Assembly (NCBI RefSeq): GCF_038025025.1
Contig: NW_027117343.1
Span: 2,294,001 to 2,358,000, forward strand
Origin: Phyllosticta citribraziliensis
Lineage: Eukaryota
Direction: 5' to 3'
DNA: 64,000 bases
This document shows, one piece after another, positions 34,329 to 48,290 of this stretch (positions are counted from its first letter, which is position 1; each line of letters starts with the position of its first letter). The notes under the pieces are model-generated. The model saw only the letters and a program-made list of their open reading frames with translations, was not told the DNA's origin and did no database searches. The translations under genes and the position numbers were made by a program.

Positions 34329-37300
34329 ATGGCGGCCGACAATCCCCGACGTCCACCTGCAAACGCCCCTAGCAGCACTCCATCATCATCCTCAATAGTG
34401 CCTGCCCCTCCTCCGCCCGCCCCTCCACTCCCGCCCCAGAGGTCTGCTGCCAGAAACGCCTTTACCAGATTCGTCGCCCAATCCTTCACCTCTTACGGTT
34501 CGCGCCCTCCCAGCGCCCAAGCCAGCCGCCCCGATGCCGCTAGGATAACGAATCCTCTGGCTCCCAGGATTCCCGGGTGAGTCGTGTGATGATTTTGTTC
34601 GGCTGCTGCCTTTTCAATTGCGCGCCTCAAGCCTCATGCCCTCTCTGCGACTTTTCCCTCACCCCACCAAGGAATGTCCTCTGCTGCGCCCGCTGACTTT
34701 TTGCCGCGCCTTGCCAGACTGTCCACCCTTTCATCCCAAGATGCAAGCCACAAGACCGGGCTCGAAATTTCCGCCGTGCACATCAATCACGACCGGACAC
34801 ATGCTGTCCTCGCTGGCAAGGAGATTCTCAAAACAATCCGCATCACTGACACCAAATGCGCCGAAGAGACCAATCTCCGCGCTGCCATCATCAACTACGC
34901 CTCGCACCACACCTCGGCCGGCTCCACTGCGCCAACCAGACACCGCGACACGCTTGAAATCCATGACGTAAAATGGTCCCATGGCAACTACAGCTCCCAC
35001 ATTGCAACCGCCGCCGCCAGCGGCAAGGTCGTCTTGTACGACCTCAACCGGACCGGCGTCGAGCTAGCCCAATTGCACGAGCACCACCGTCAAGTCCACA
35101 AACTTGCCTTCAACCCTCACCAGGGATATTTGCTTCTGTCTGGCAGCCGAGACTCGACTGTCCGCTTGTGGGATCTGCGTGACATGAAAAAAGAAATCAT
35201 GTCCTGTCCCAGTCGGGATAGGTACTCCGGACAGAGCGAGGGCATTCGTGACGTTGCCTGGTCGCCCACCGATGGCGTCGAGTTTGCCTTTGGCACTGAG
35301 AATGGAGTGATACAGCGGTGGGACACGCGCATGAACCGTGCACCGAAATTGAAGCTCAACGCCCACGACAAGACGTGCTACTCGATCGATTGGCATCCCG
35401 ACGGCAAGCACCTGGCCAGCGCAGGCGCGGACAAGACGGTAAGGATTTGGGATTTTTCCTCCGAGCAGCGTCGACAAAAGCCTGTATGGACGATCCGTAC
35501 ACCACACCCAGTCTTTCATGCGCGGTGGAGACTGCCTTTCCAAGATCAAGACGTGTTCCAATGCACCCACCTGGTCACCGCGTACGACCGCGATCATCCT
35601 GTAGTTCATGTGTGGGACTTTCGGCGGCCCTCGCTACCATTCAGAGAACTATCTCTCTATCAAACCGCACCTGCCGACCTGCTGTGGCGCACTCGTGACC
35701 TGCTTTGGACTGTCGGAAGGGAGGGAATCTTTACCCAGTCGGATGTGCGATATGCTCCGAAGGTGGTTGACAGGCGAAACATGTCTGCTTTTGCCTTGTC
35801 ATCCACCGGCGATCTCAGCGCCTTTTCCCAGCGGAGAGGCCGCCATCGTACCTCCGGAACGGCCTATGATTCGCCGCAAGGCTTTACTGTGGATGAAAAG
35901 GGCAGAAAAGAGTTGTCAGACAACAGCCTTCCGAGGAATTCGGCTGACGACAGCGTCGACGATGCCTTTCTCAGTTCCTCCCTCAGTCGACACCATGGCC
36001 GCACAGCCAGTAATCGGTCTACCAAATCAATCAGCACTACCCCGCCCTCTTCTGATCATGTAGGCAGGATGATGTATCTGAGCGAATCTCTAGCAGGACA
36101 TGAAAAGTACTCATGGACTCCCAACCAAGCCGCCCTCCGCGGTGTGGCTCCTGGATCAATCAACGTCCCCTTATACACGTACATGGCGCAAAAGTATAAG
36201 CGAACCGCAATTGATGACCAACCAACCATCCAAGGCTTCGGTGAGCTCCAGCAGGCGTTCGAGGCCAACGCAAAATACGCCCAAAAAGCTGGCAGTCACC
36301 GATTGGCGAGCTCTTGGAGAGTGGTCGGTCAGATCGTATCTGACGCGGTGCAACAACGGGCAGAAGCGAATCGCAGGCGCAGACTAGAAAATATTCCTGC
36401 AACACAGCCCAAGCCGCTGCCACCGGTAACGGATGACACCGTCTCCAAGGCTTACACGGAAGGGCAGGAGCAATTACTTCACCCTGCAGTACGGGCCATC
36501 CAAGCAACTGAGACAGTTGTGCAAAACAACGACAGCTCCTCACAGCTCCCTACGCCGATCGCCCGGCCGGTCACTCAAACTCGGCCATCAGCCTCTGGCG
36601 ATGCTAACCTCCTGCCAGATCCAGAACAAGGCGAGTCTCTAGCCTTGCCGCCTTCTCTCGTGGATACTCCGTCTCAGCAGCGTGACCGCGACCAACCACA
36701 AGCAGCTGCATCTGCACCTGCACGGCGTCGCAGCGTCTCGTTCCAGACATGGTCCTTTGCAACAAACGATCTCGAGGACAGGGCAGCCATGATAGGCGGC
36801 TACAGGGCTCCGCCACGCATCCCGCTGAGTCTAGAGCCCGTAGGTCCGCAGACGCTTGACACGCGTCCAGATTTCGACCGGCATAATTCTGGCGAGAGCT
36901 TCGCCATGTTCTCCGCGTCGACCGATTCTCGCGGTCTATCGGTTCCAGGCTCTTATGCCAGCATCAGATCCCAGTCGCGTGCGCAGAATGCAGAATCTTT
37001 GCAGGAGCGTTGGGAGCAGCAGAGCGTTGGCCCAGCCCTGTCCAGCTTTGGCGCCAATGCCACGTCCGCCGACGGGCAAGGCGGATACATGGGCTCGTCA
37101 AGCTCCATTGGCGCTGACGTGCAGACGGTGCGTATGGATCATGTATTCCAGTCACACTCACGCATAGAGGCCTCATGTAGCGGCCTAATGTTCTCCATGC
37201 ACGCGGCCCGTTCCAACCGCTGACTCCACATTTCAGGGACCTCGTAATATCGACGGCTCGGCTCCGGGGAATGGGGTCAGTCCCGCTCCTTACGAACCGG

Positions 37301-39321
37301 GACCCGGGGCTCGCCCGACCTTGGCCTCGGTCATCTCCAACGCCGGGACCATCGCAACTGGCTCGGGCTCTGAGCAGAGCAGGGTCATTCACGACATGGA
37401 GACTCTTCGCAGGCAAAATCAGCAACTCATGCGGCACTCGAGCTCCGAGTCAGATGCTTTTACCAGCATACAGGGAAGCTTCTCTGAAACTTCTGTAAGC
37501 AATGTTGACATGATGGATGCGAGCGGCACAATTGTGCCAGAAGGACCGGCAGGGGTTGCCTCTCCCAAGCTTCTCCTCCAGCCCCCCGGTCTGCCAGAAA
37601 TCATCGACATTCCTGCTGTGGACGACGAGGGCAGTCATGAGCTTACGCTTTCCGATTATTGCGTCAAGCATGAAGACTTGGACAGTGAAGTCGGTGTGCC
37701 TCTGACCCTTATAGACATGCTCAATTGGCTCCTAGAGTTCCACAGCAGCATTCTCTCCGACGCGCAGACAATCTCGCACATGCTCTTCATGATTACGGAA
37801 TTCCTTCCCCACACTCACCCGCTTCCTGAAACTCTCACGTCCTCAATACTTAATGACTATGGCAACTACTTGGCTTCCATCAGCATGTCCCCAGCCAACA
37901 TTCGCGTCATCCTCGACCGCAAGCTGACTCCGCTGGCCAAATCGGGCATCAACCCTTTGCAAGCAGAGTCCATCCTGCAAACGTATCACTCTCAGCTGCT
38001 GTCGCTAGGTCTCTTCAATGCCTCGGCGTGGCTCAGACGCGTGGCTTATCCCACGTATCCTGCCGTGTATGAACAGGCGCTGCAGGAGACCCAAATTGGA
38101 CTGCGTTGCCAACAGTGCAAGAATCCCATCAACAACCCCGCAGATAAGATGCTCTGCGAGAATTGCAAGAGAAGACAGGCGCCGTGTCCAATATGCTGGA
38201 GCACGGTGCCGCCAGATGGAGTAGGCGTTCCGCTGGCGCAGCAGAAAAAGAAAGGAAAGAGGGGCAGCAGCAAGAGCAAAGGCCACCAGCGCGGCAAAGA
38301 CAGCATAGGGAGTATCAGTATTCCGCGGACTGCGAAGAGTTTGGCCGCTCATGCTCCACAGCCCGACCCCGTACTCACATCCACGTCGTCTCCCCCTTCT
38401 CCAACGGTCCCCTCGCACCATTCTCCCCAGCCCACCCTGTACACGTCATGTTCGCTCTGTGGCCACACGGCCCACACCACCTGCCTCCGTGCATGGCACG
38501 CCGAGCTCGACTCGTTCGCTCCTCCCACCCCCTCGCCAAACAATCCCGCCAGCACTACATCCCCCAAACCTAGCGGCACATCATCATACTCTCCCCCGTC
38601 ACCCCTCGCCATCTCGCTCTCTCCGTCCGGTGGCGGCACGTGCCCCTCCCCAGGCTGCCTCTGCGACTGCATCGACGGGCCCCTCCGTCGCTCTCGCGTC
38701 TCCTCGCTGCAGCAGCGCCGCGCCGAAGCCGACCGCGGACGCGTGCGCGACGACGGCCGCCGTGTCCGCGAAAGCGACGCCGCGCGACGGGCGGCCGGTC
38801 TCGTCGCCGGCGCTGCGCTCCGCGGTGGGGGTGCTGGTGCTGGGCCCGGGCTCGCTGGCATACCAGACGTCATCATGGGCGGACGACGCGGGCGCGAGCG
38901 CGAGCGCGAAAGACCGGCTACAGCCTTTGCTGGGTCCATCGTCGGCGGCGGCGGATCCACTGCGGCGGCGGCGGCTGCTGCTGCTACCGCCGCTGGTGAA
39001 GCAGGAGCGGCGCCGACGGGGCTGTCCGGGTTGCGGCGCGGCGGCAGTCTGAGGGGCATGGTTGCGGCGGGGGGCATGACGGCGGCGGCGGCGGCGCTGG
39101 CGCGTGGGCAGAGTCGCGATGACAGCGCCATTCGCGAGGGCGGGCGTGAGAGGGATAGAGACAGGCAGGGGGTCAGTCTTTTCGGTGGCGGTCGCGGAGG
39201 GGCCGCCGGGGGCGGCGCAGCGGGTGCTGCTGAGCAGAACACCCGTAATGCTGCGGGAACTGGTGAGGTGCAGGGTAGTCGCCGCGTTCGCGTTATTGAG
39301 CCTGCGGGTAGGAGTACTTAG
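34329..39321 (+). CDS. RTC1: SEACAT/GATOR2 subunit Rtc1/Sea2 (WDR24): WD40 propeller plus C-terminal zinc-ribbon/RING; introns 34577-34717 and 37128-37236
   Basis: HAVLAGKEILKTI, IHDVKWSHG, LLSGSRDSTVRLWDLR, WHPDGKHLASAGADK; C-terminal CQQC/CENC/CPIC/CGHTAH/CPSPGCLCDC. Both introns have GCTGAC branch sites and restore frame. Confidence 0.9.
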
Positions 39322-39867
39322 GATGGTGTGCTGTGGTGTGCTGTGGGATGGGGGGCTTTGGTGCGGAGCTGGGTTGGGAATTGAGGTCTGGATTTTTAGC
39401 ATGGATGGATGGATGGATTGGAAGGCTTGGTGGTGGTGCATTAGCACATCATATTCCATCAGCTGCGGCAGTGTGGGTATTGATTGGCGCGCGACATGGC
39501 ATGGCATGGCATTGCAACAGCCGAGAAATGAAGAAACGAAGAACAAAGCTTGGAAGAGCGGGAGTGAAAGTGATCAGATGGCAGGGGTAGGTAGACAGGC
39601 TATCCTGCACCGCCCACCCACATCTATCTATCTATCTTCATAGCCCCATCGCCGTTTGGATCTCGACTCGTCGAACTAATGCCAAAGGGGGGTTGAAGGC
39701 ATGCCCAAGTGGAATGGCTTTCCTCAGGTCTCTCCGCGCTGTAGTGGTGGTCAACAAACATTCCCCATGTCCAGCAACAGTAACAACAGTAACAACAGGA
39801 GTAAAAGTCGGTTGGTAGTATTAGCCAAGTGGTTGTAGTTAAGTCGTGAACTCGTGAAGAAAAGACG

Positions 39868-39902
<35 letters not shown>

Positions 39903-40236
39903 CTACTCATGCTCATGCTCATGCTCAATCAAGCTCATACATATGATGCTGCTCCTTGCTCGATCCGGACCGCTAATCCAACAATCCTCTCCGCTCCGAT
40001 GTAATCCAAACATTAGGTATCCCCGTGGTGGTGGCAAAAGGCGCTCAGTCGAATGATCCAGAAGTGATGATGATGACGATGACGATGTCGTGCCTCCGTG
40101 CCTCCCTGTCCTTTCCAAGAACCCCAGAGTTGAAGACAAACTGCACTGGCGTATCCAAACGCCAGCCAAAACCAAGACAAAGACCAAGACCGCCAATGAC
40201 AACGACGCTCTCTCACTCTCACTCTCACTCTCCCTT

Positions 40237-41845
40237 TCACAGCACCAACATGGCGCCCACGCACGCCACGAGCGCAAAAACACTTCCGCCCACAATGCCC
40301 TCGGGCCGCGCAACCGCCGCGCCACTGTTGTTACCGGACGCGCCGCTCGCGCCGCCGCCCTGCGAGAAGCCCGTCCCGCTGCTGCCAGAACCGCCGGAGC
40401 CGCCATTGCTGCTGTTGCCGGCGCCGGCGCCGCCCTGGTCCGACGAGCCCGAGGCATTAGGATCGCTGTTGCCGCCGCCGGAGACGCCAGGGACGGACTC
40501 GGGGACGCTGGTCGACGACGAAGAGGAGGGGGCGGAGGCGGTGCCGGACGCTTTGGCCTTGCCCTTGTCGGGCTCCTCGCCCGTGCCCTGCAGCGAGCCG
40601 AGGATGACGCTGGTGTCGGTGATGGCGATGCTGTTGTTGGTGCCGGCGAGCGCGTTGTAGACGTACGTCTTGTCGCCCGTCTTGTTGGCCCCCGATGGCG
40701 GGTCGTAGCACGTCACGTCGACCGACGACACCGACGCGTAGTAGTAGCCGTTCTGCATGGCGGGCGAGCCCGCGCTCCAGTTGATCAGGCCGCCCGCCCA
40801 TTCGATCGTGCCTTTGCCGTTGGACGCCAGGCCGGCCGGCCACAGCGAGAGTTGTACTCGTGAGGGTGTTTGCGGGTACATGAAGCTGCCGGTCGTCGCG
40901 TTCCAGGTGTCGGATTTCTTGAGCGTGCGCACCACTTTGCCGTCGATGGACCAGGTCAGCGTGTCGGGCTGCCAGTCGATTTCGTATTCGTGCTCATTGT
41001 CGAACGTGTTGGATGTGTCGTGCTTGCCGCCGTTTTCGTCTGCGCAATTCGATTCAGTCAGGGGGTGTTTTCACGACAGGGGGTGCTTGTATCTCAGGGG
41101 TGGATGGGTGGGTGGGTACGCACAATCCAAAACTCCCTGCCAGTAGTAATTACTCTGCGCCTGGTTCAGGGTCGTCCCGATAAACTCAAAGTCAATCTCA
41201 TCCTTGACGTCGCTCATGAGGATAAAGGCCGTCACGACGCCAGCCCCCTGGCTGGTGCGCAGCTTGGCCGATATCTTGCCGTACCAGACGTAATGGGTGC
41301 TGGCGAGCAGCGTGCCGACGCTGCCCTGCGACAGCGTCAGCAGCACGCCGCCGTTGTACTCGAGCGGGCTGCCCGACGACACCCAGTTGGCCGTGCTGGC
41401 GTCGCCCAGGTACTTTGCGATGTCGGTCACGCCATTAAGGTTGTCGATGTTGAACTTGGAGCCGTCGCAGACGGGGGCCGGCACGCAGCTGTCGAGCTGG
41501 TGCGAGAAGATCGGGTCGCATCCGCCGAGGCAGTATGCGCCTACGCCGCACTGTCCGTATTCTGCGCGACGAAAAGAAGGACAGGGTTAGCGCGTGGTCA
41601 CACGACGGGCTTCACGTGTCGGCGGCGGCACGAGCAGGAAGTGAAGTGAGTGGATTTTGGGAAGTGGAGTGGTACAAGACGGCGCGCGCGGGGTGGGGGG
41701 AGGGCGTACGAGAGCAGCAGGGCGAATCAGCTGGACATGGGTTGTTGGGGCCGCAAGTGGGAGCCGAGGCGGAGGCAGTGGTGAGGAGCAGAGCGGCGGC
41801 GGCTGCCAGCGAAGCAGCAGCAGCAGAGGCGAGCGAGCGGACCAT
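40237..41845 (-). CDS. UTR2: GH16 chitin transglycosylase (Crh2/Utr2 type) with N-terminal chitin-binding module and GPI signal; introns 41709-41562 and 41123-41040
   Basis: Signal peptide; CPADSPCCSQYGQCGVGAYCLGGCDP; DEIDFEF catalytic motif; YPQTPSRVQLSLWPAG; Ser/Gly-rich stalk; hydrophobic C-terminus. Confidence 0.92.
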
Positions 41846-44520
41846 GTCGAGACGGGAGTAACGGTCGTGGTGGTGGACGAAGAAGGCCTACGCGGGCGGA
41901 CGGTGGACGAATGGATATGCAGTCTTGGGCGTAACCGGGCTGGTGTAGTTGCAGATTCTGCGCACACGGCAGACGGACTGATGCAGGCTGTTGGTGGTGG
42001 TCGAGGAAGCGACAGTGGTGGCAGACAGAGAGGAGAGAGGGGGGGAGAGAGGAAAAGGAGCAAAAGCTCAAGCGAGCGAGCGAGCGAGCTGGGTCGGACG
42101 GAGGAGGATTGAGGGTGAAGAAAAGGAAGCCGTGAAGAATGCCGGGCGAAAGGGGACAGGATGGAATGAATACAAGCAAGCGAATGGAAGAGTAATGGGA
42201 TGGGCAAGGAGCAGGCGTGTGGGGGATCTTCCCTGGAGGGCCTAGCTAGGCTGGAACGGGCGTAGCCGCGGGACGGCCAGTAGGGTGGTGCCAATAGTTT
42301 GACAGGCACTGACATCCGATGACAGCCAGATGACAGCCTCAGCCGATGCAACATGGACTGACTGCTTTCTTTGTCGTCCGTCGCTCTCTTCATGCGGCCC
42401 GCCTTGCAGCCTTCTTCGGTCTCCTGTCTCGCGTCGTCCGTCGGGTCCATGGCGGACGCGGGCGATCAAGCTGTGACAACCAACGGCCAAGGCCAGGTGA
42501 TGATCCATGGGCCCTCCCGCTTTGGCACCCACCGCCGAATGGCGCAGCGCGAGGCCTGGACCTGGACCTGCGCATCGAATCCTACCGTTTTCTTGGAATA
42601 CGCGCACGGCGAGCACAGGTGGGCGACCACAATCCGAGTCGTCGACGTCTGTCTGTACCTGACGGAACAAGTTTCGATCAAGGGGTGCACATTCTTTGCG
42701 GGCGACTCCCTGCTTGGAGCTGCACGCGCCACGCGGCCAGAGCGGATCGCCGCTGAGCGAAAAAAGATGCTTAATCCAACCAACACCACCGCTCCCGTCG
42801 ACGCCTGCATGCCATTGCATCGCAAAGGAGAGAGGCTGGTCGACACGCACAACCTCCACTCAGATCCGTTCAGGCACACCACCCACTCTCTTCGTTTCGT
42901 TCCGTTCCCCATCGCCCTGACGTCACCCACGTCCGCTCTAAGCTACTGTCAATACCGTCCAAACGACATTACCGCAGGCACACAGCCAATCTCCCCCGCC
43001 ATCGCGCGCGACGAAAACAGCAAATTATACCAGGAGTAGCAGTAGCAGCACCACTACGTCCCCAAACATCCGTCCCTTGTCCCTCTCTGGATGCGCCAGC
43101 CCGTTCACCCTCGGAGCTGGACTCCCCCATCCCATCCCATCCCATCCCATCCGTCGGTCGGCCGCCGCGCCCACCCATCAATCCGTCGCGCGTGCTCGCG
43201 TGAAACTTGATCCGTCGCGCCATCATCGCCTCCAAAACATGTGCCTCTCGCGATTTATGATGAGCTCGCATCCCATCCATCTCGCTCGCATCCCATCCAT
43301 CTCGCTCGCTGTTCCTCATCTCAGCCCTCACTACTCGTCCGTTTCCGAGCGACCGACCGTGTGCTTTCCCAGACGGTGCGCCGTGCGTGCTGCAAACCGA
43401 CTGGCCGTCAGATTACCGTTGCGACGCTGGCTTGGTAGTAAAAGTCGTACCGAGCTGCTGCCAGATGGGAAGCATTCGTCTGCTTCGGCGAGTGGCGAGA
43501 AGAAGACCATTTAAGCCACTGTCGGTCAGAGTCACTCAAGAGCATCCATGCACATCCCCAACTCTGTAGAAGAGCATTCATCAGCGAACGACATCAGTAG
43601 CATAGCAGAGCGCAATCAAAGTCAGTTAGTTGGCACCCAACACTCATCCCCATCCCCATCCATTCCCACTTCTATTTATATACACACCCCTCTCCAGCAA
43701 CAGCAAAGGTCAACGGATCGAATCGGACATCAACCTCTCTTCATCCCCCATTCACTCTCCCAACCAGTGAAATGCGCCTCGCCCCGCTCTGCTCGTGTCG
43801 TTTGCTCACTTCTCATCCAAGCCATCAAAGAATCCTTCCCTTGCTGCCCTTCGCCCGTGCGTGACTTGACATCGATGACTGCTTCGGTCAGTAAGTAGGC
43901 GGGCGGGTGTGTGCAACCCGACCCGACCTAACCTCACCACACCACACCACACCTAACTCCCTCCCGATCACCTCACTCTCTCCCGATCGCCTCGCTCCCG
44001 TCCGCCCTTCCGTCCGGCCGTCTGTCTGTCTGCCTAGGTGTCTGTCTGTCATCCCGTCGCCGCGTTCCGTGTTCCGTGTCCCGTCCAATCGGCTGCCTTG
44101 TCAGTTTGAAACCAAACCAGCAACAACGACGCATTCACACCACCGACCGAGGCACACACACACACAGAGAGAGCAACCGAAGAACCAAGAGAGACCAAGG
44201 GAAAGCAAAGAGCGGTGGAGAAGAAGAGGAAGAAGAAGAGGAAGGCAATAACAGACGAACCAACCAAAACGTTCTACACAACAAAAGACCACTCGCAACC
44301 GCCATCCGCACCAGCCCATCGGCAACACTTCCTTCGTGCCTCCCCCCGGGCAGTCAACCATCGGTAACCTCCACCACCCAACACAAAGCAGCAAGCCCAT
44401 GCGCAACACCGCGTGGCATCATCGTCAGGAGCCATTCGTCCTCCACCACGCCTTGCCAGGTAACCCTCCACCCTCAGCACAGTTACGCTCCCCCAACCTT
44501 TCCGACAACCAACCAACCAC

Positions 44521-47500
44521 CTACGACGCCTGATCCGGCAAACACTCCGGACACAGCGGCACCGGACAGTGCGGCAGCACCTCGTACGCCTCGGAAACCT
44601 GCGCATTTGCACAAGGCGCGAGAGCGGCGTAATCCAGAGCTGCCATTGACGCGGCCGCCGCTGTCCTTTTCAACGCCGCCATGCTCGCCTTCTTGGCAGC
44701 AAGACCATCCATTGCGCCGCCCCCTCGTCCGGCCCACGTCTTGTTGCCGTTGCTGTACGCATTCTTGTTGTTGCTGGGGACGTTGATGCCGTAGCCCAAG
44801 TAGCCACCCTTGCCGCTGCTGCCAGTGCCTCGGTTGCTGATCGTGTTGTGCGTATACGTCGGCCGCCATCTCTGCGACCCCGTCGTGCCCAGCATCGAGG
44901 CGCGCATGTCGGGGAAGGATTCAAAGCGCAACGGCCCGCCGCCATCACTGCGCCAGCCGCCCGTGCAGTTGTAAAACGGCAAAGGCGAGGCCGGCGAATG
45001 AGGAGAGCCCCGGAACTGGAATTGGAAGCCCGAGGATGCCGGCTCAGTCATGTTGGAGCGGTGCGAGACCAAGGACCTGATGCCAGGGGAGGACGACGGA
45101 GCTCCATTTGACGCGTTACTGGGGTAGAAGTCATGGTTTTGGTCGCCTGTGTGGTATGTTGTGAGGTTGAGGACGGATGGGCGCATGGTGCTGTCCCACT
45201 GGAAGGCGTAGGGTCCCGCTGCTACCGTCGTCGCTGTCTTTTCCTCAGAGCCACCAGCCGTCGCTACGTTGCTGATGCCGCTGCCAGACGGCGTCGTGTA
45301 GCCGCTGGACAGAGCAGGGTGCGGGGTCGAGGCACGTGTGCTGCCAGTGCCTGATGGTTGCCGCTGCGGCGAAGCGGCGCCTGTCGCCTGTTCGCTGTCG
45401 TTGGTGTTGGTGTTGGCGACACTGCCACTCGTCGCCGCGCTTACCGCTCGCGTCGCCCCCTTCTGCTTCGCCTTGCCCGCTCGGTTCTTGATTTTACCCT
45501 TCTTACCATTTGGAACTGCTGGTTCTGCGCGAGAAACAGCCGTGTCCGCCGCTGCTGACGATGACTCCTGCGGCTGCTGTGCGTCCTCAGTGGACGCCGA
45601 TTTTGTCTCTACGGTCCCGCTGTCGTTGGCTTGATGGGCCGGAATGGCATTGACCCACGAGGCGTTGGCCCACTCGCTTGGAATCTGCGGCCGAGGAAAG
45701 CCAGTGCCAGGGTTTGGCGTGATGACAAAGGGTCCCGACGTGTGGTGCGTCTGCGCCAGCGTCTGGGGGACAAACTCCTTGGCCTGCGCATTCAAAGCCG
45801 TCGCCGTTACTGTCTTGGCCTGTGGCTTTGGCTCTGGCCTTCGAGATTCAGGACGCTCTTTATTTCCAGAGGAACTATGAAGCATCCGGAGAAGCTCAAC
45901 GGCCGGCGTCGACATTTTGGCCACATCCGGGCCCACGTTTAGGACATCAGGATTCGGATGCATCACGCGCGGTGCCGACATGATTCGCCGGTGCAGCGGA
46001 CGCTTCGCCGTTGGAGGTGGCGGCGCGGTACGACCCAGGTCTTGGTCATAATGGGTCGACCAGTGTACGCCCTGGCTGGGCGAGACAACGTCGTACGGGT
46101 CGTTGGGCGTCACGACCGTATCGGTGCCAGCGTTGGAAGTAACACGCAGGTGAGAAGCTAAATAGGAATCTTGAGACTGCAATGATGTCCTTCTGAAATC
46201 ACCCTCGTGGTTGATGGGCGTCTCACGGGCCGACGCCTCTTGCTGGGTCTTCTTAAGAGGCTGCGTTGCGCCGGGATATGTGCCTTGTCTTGTCCTAAAC
46301 GCTGACGAGCGAAGCTTGTCCGACTCCGCGTCGGCGTCAATGAGAATGACCGTGGAGTCTTCAGAAGATTCGGCCAAGCTACTATCAGAGACCATTCTCC
46401 TTTTGATATCTCGAATAGCAGCTTCGGTGTTACCAATTCCCTCGTCAGATCTCCCCGTCTCGGTCGGGGCTATGCTAAAGTTGGAGGAACCATTCGACTT
46501 AGGGCCTCCACGCGGCAGTGAAATGTCCTCAATATGCTGAACTGTGGGTGATGGGTGCCTTTCGATATTTGTGTGATGCTGCACAAGAGTTTGGCGTCCT
46601 GGGCTGACAAAATTCTCGAGTCGCGATGGCTGCGCTTGTGTGTCCCAGCCACGGTGCTCGATGGCGGCGTTCAATTCCGAATGAGTGCTGAGGAGGCCTT
46701 CTTGGTTTCTAAACTTGTTGCACAGACGTGGGATTCGCGAATGTGAGGGCGAAGCCGGCATCCAAGGATGTTCCTCGGCAGTAAAAGCATTTTGACCATG
46801 GGTTGTGTGTGTAGATTGGGGATGATGTTTGGCAGCTACAGCGCTGGAGCTCGGCAAGCTTGGGAAAAAGGGATCATCGATGGCCTCTTTTGCCGCCTTT
46901 TTGGATTTGCCTTTGAGTAGCTCCACACTCGACTTCTCTTTGACTTCCCTCTCTGCTGCACGACGCGCAGTCTCGAGCTTGAAGGGCACCACCTTTGTCG
47001 GGGACTTTGTGGACGATTTGGTCGGACTCTTGCCAGGGGAGTGGCTCGATGTTGATTTGGTTGGCGACGACGCTGTCTTGCTGGAATTCGCAGCGGACCT
47101 CAGCGAAGGAACAGACTTTCGCCTCGAAACATCTGGGGAGCTGGTATTTGGACTGGTTGCGAGCCATTCTGAAGGTAACGTCTTTCTGTTGATTTGCGGA
47201 ATACTGTTGAGGCCAGTGGTGGTGAGCGGCGGTAGCATCTTGCCTCTCAAGACCGGGACCGTCTCTCTTCCAGTAGGTGCCATGTTTGTCGCGGTAAAAC
47301 TGCCGTCAAAGTCTTCTGCTTGAAAGGATGAGAAGGATGTAGCGGATGCTGTGCCAGTATCAGAGTCGGCTACGGTGTTCCCTGACGTGGAACCGTACGT
47401 TGGCCTGGTACAAGTCAGTCTGAAAGCTCAAAAGACGCCACAGGGAGAGCTTACCGAACTGCACTGGTAAGCCTTGCGACCTGCGCCCAAGATGCTGTAG

Positions 47501-48290
47501 AATTCGAGCGACTTCTAGGCTCAGATATGAACGATGATGGAGACGGACCGGCTTGTGTTTGCGAGTACAGATTGGGGAAGTCGTTTGACGAGTCAAGGTT
47601 CAAATCGAATGCGCAAGTCTCTGCCGCCTGCTCTGGAAGGTTCGACTTGGGCCTTTCATGGCTGCGAGGAACTATGCTCCCTCCCCAAACGTTTGTATTC
47701 TCGGCAATGCGCTTTCCTCGGGCGGACCTGGCCCCGCGATCGGCCTGCTCCCGACCTGCCTTTACGGCTGGCGCTATCGTGTGCTCGCAACGTGGATTCG
47801 TGCTAAGGCTGGACGGGGGCCCGGTCTTCCTGCCAAGAGTAAGTGGGTTTCCCGTTGTCTTCGACGCCTGTTCAAACCGCGATGCCAGCTTTTGCGCCGG
47901 GGACGTGTTGGGAAACTCAGAAGCCAGAGTCGCTGATTTCTGACGCTGGGGCTGCTCGCGAATTCCGTACTGTTTTGACGCGCGAGCTATAGACGCGTAC
48001 GTCTGGCGGCGTTGTGTAAGATGCGCACGATCCGCACTGTCAATCAGGTCTTCGTCCGCGTCATGTCGATGTTGCGAAGGATTCTGGAGAGGCGGGAAGT
48101 CTGTCAGGTGAGGTGATGGATACGACTCTTCGTGTTCCGAGTCGTGGTTGAGGACATCATCGGCTTCGCCGCAGTCGCCTTGAGGCGCAGTTGGTAACGA
48201 AGCGGCGTCGTATGCGTCGTCGCAGTAGTCGTAAAGAGTGAGCTTGGCGTGGCAGCAGCCAGAGTAATACATGTACCTGTAGCGGCACAT
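44521..48290 (-). CDS. Large disordered hypothetical protein (~1240 aa) with a PAM2 motif and terminal Cys clusters; intron 47454-47405
   Basis: ORFs 47451-48524 and 44521-47283 join in frame via GTAAGC...ACTGAC...CAG; ATG at 48290 (MCRYRYMYYSGCCH). Confidence 0.75.

Noticed and set aside
43465..43580. Possible further degenerate MITE array (AGCAT-type cores)
   Set aside because: Spacing is 35/35/32 rather than 33 and no TIR is visible; too weak without an HMM.
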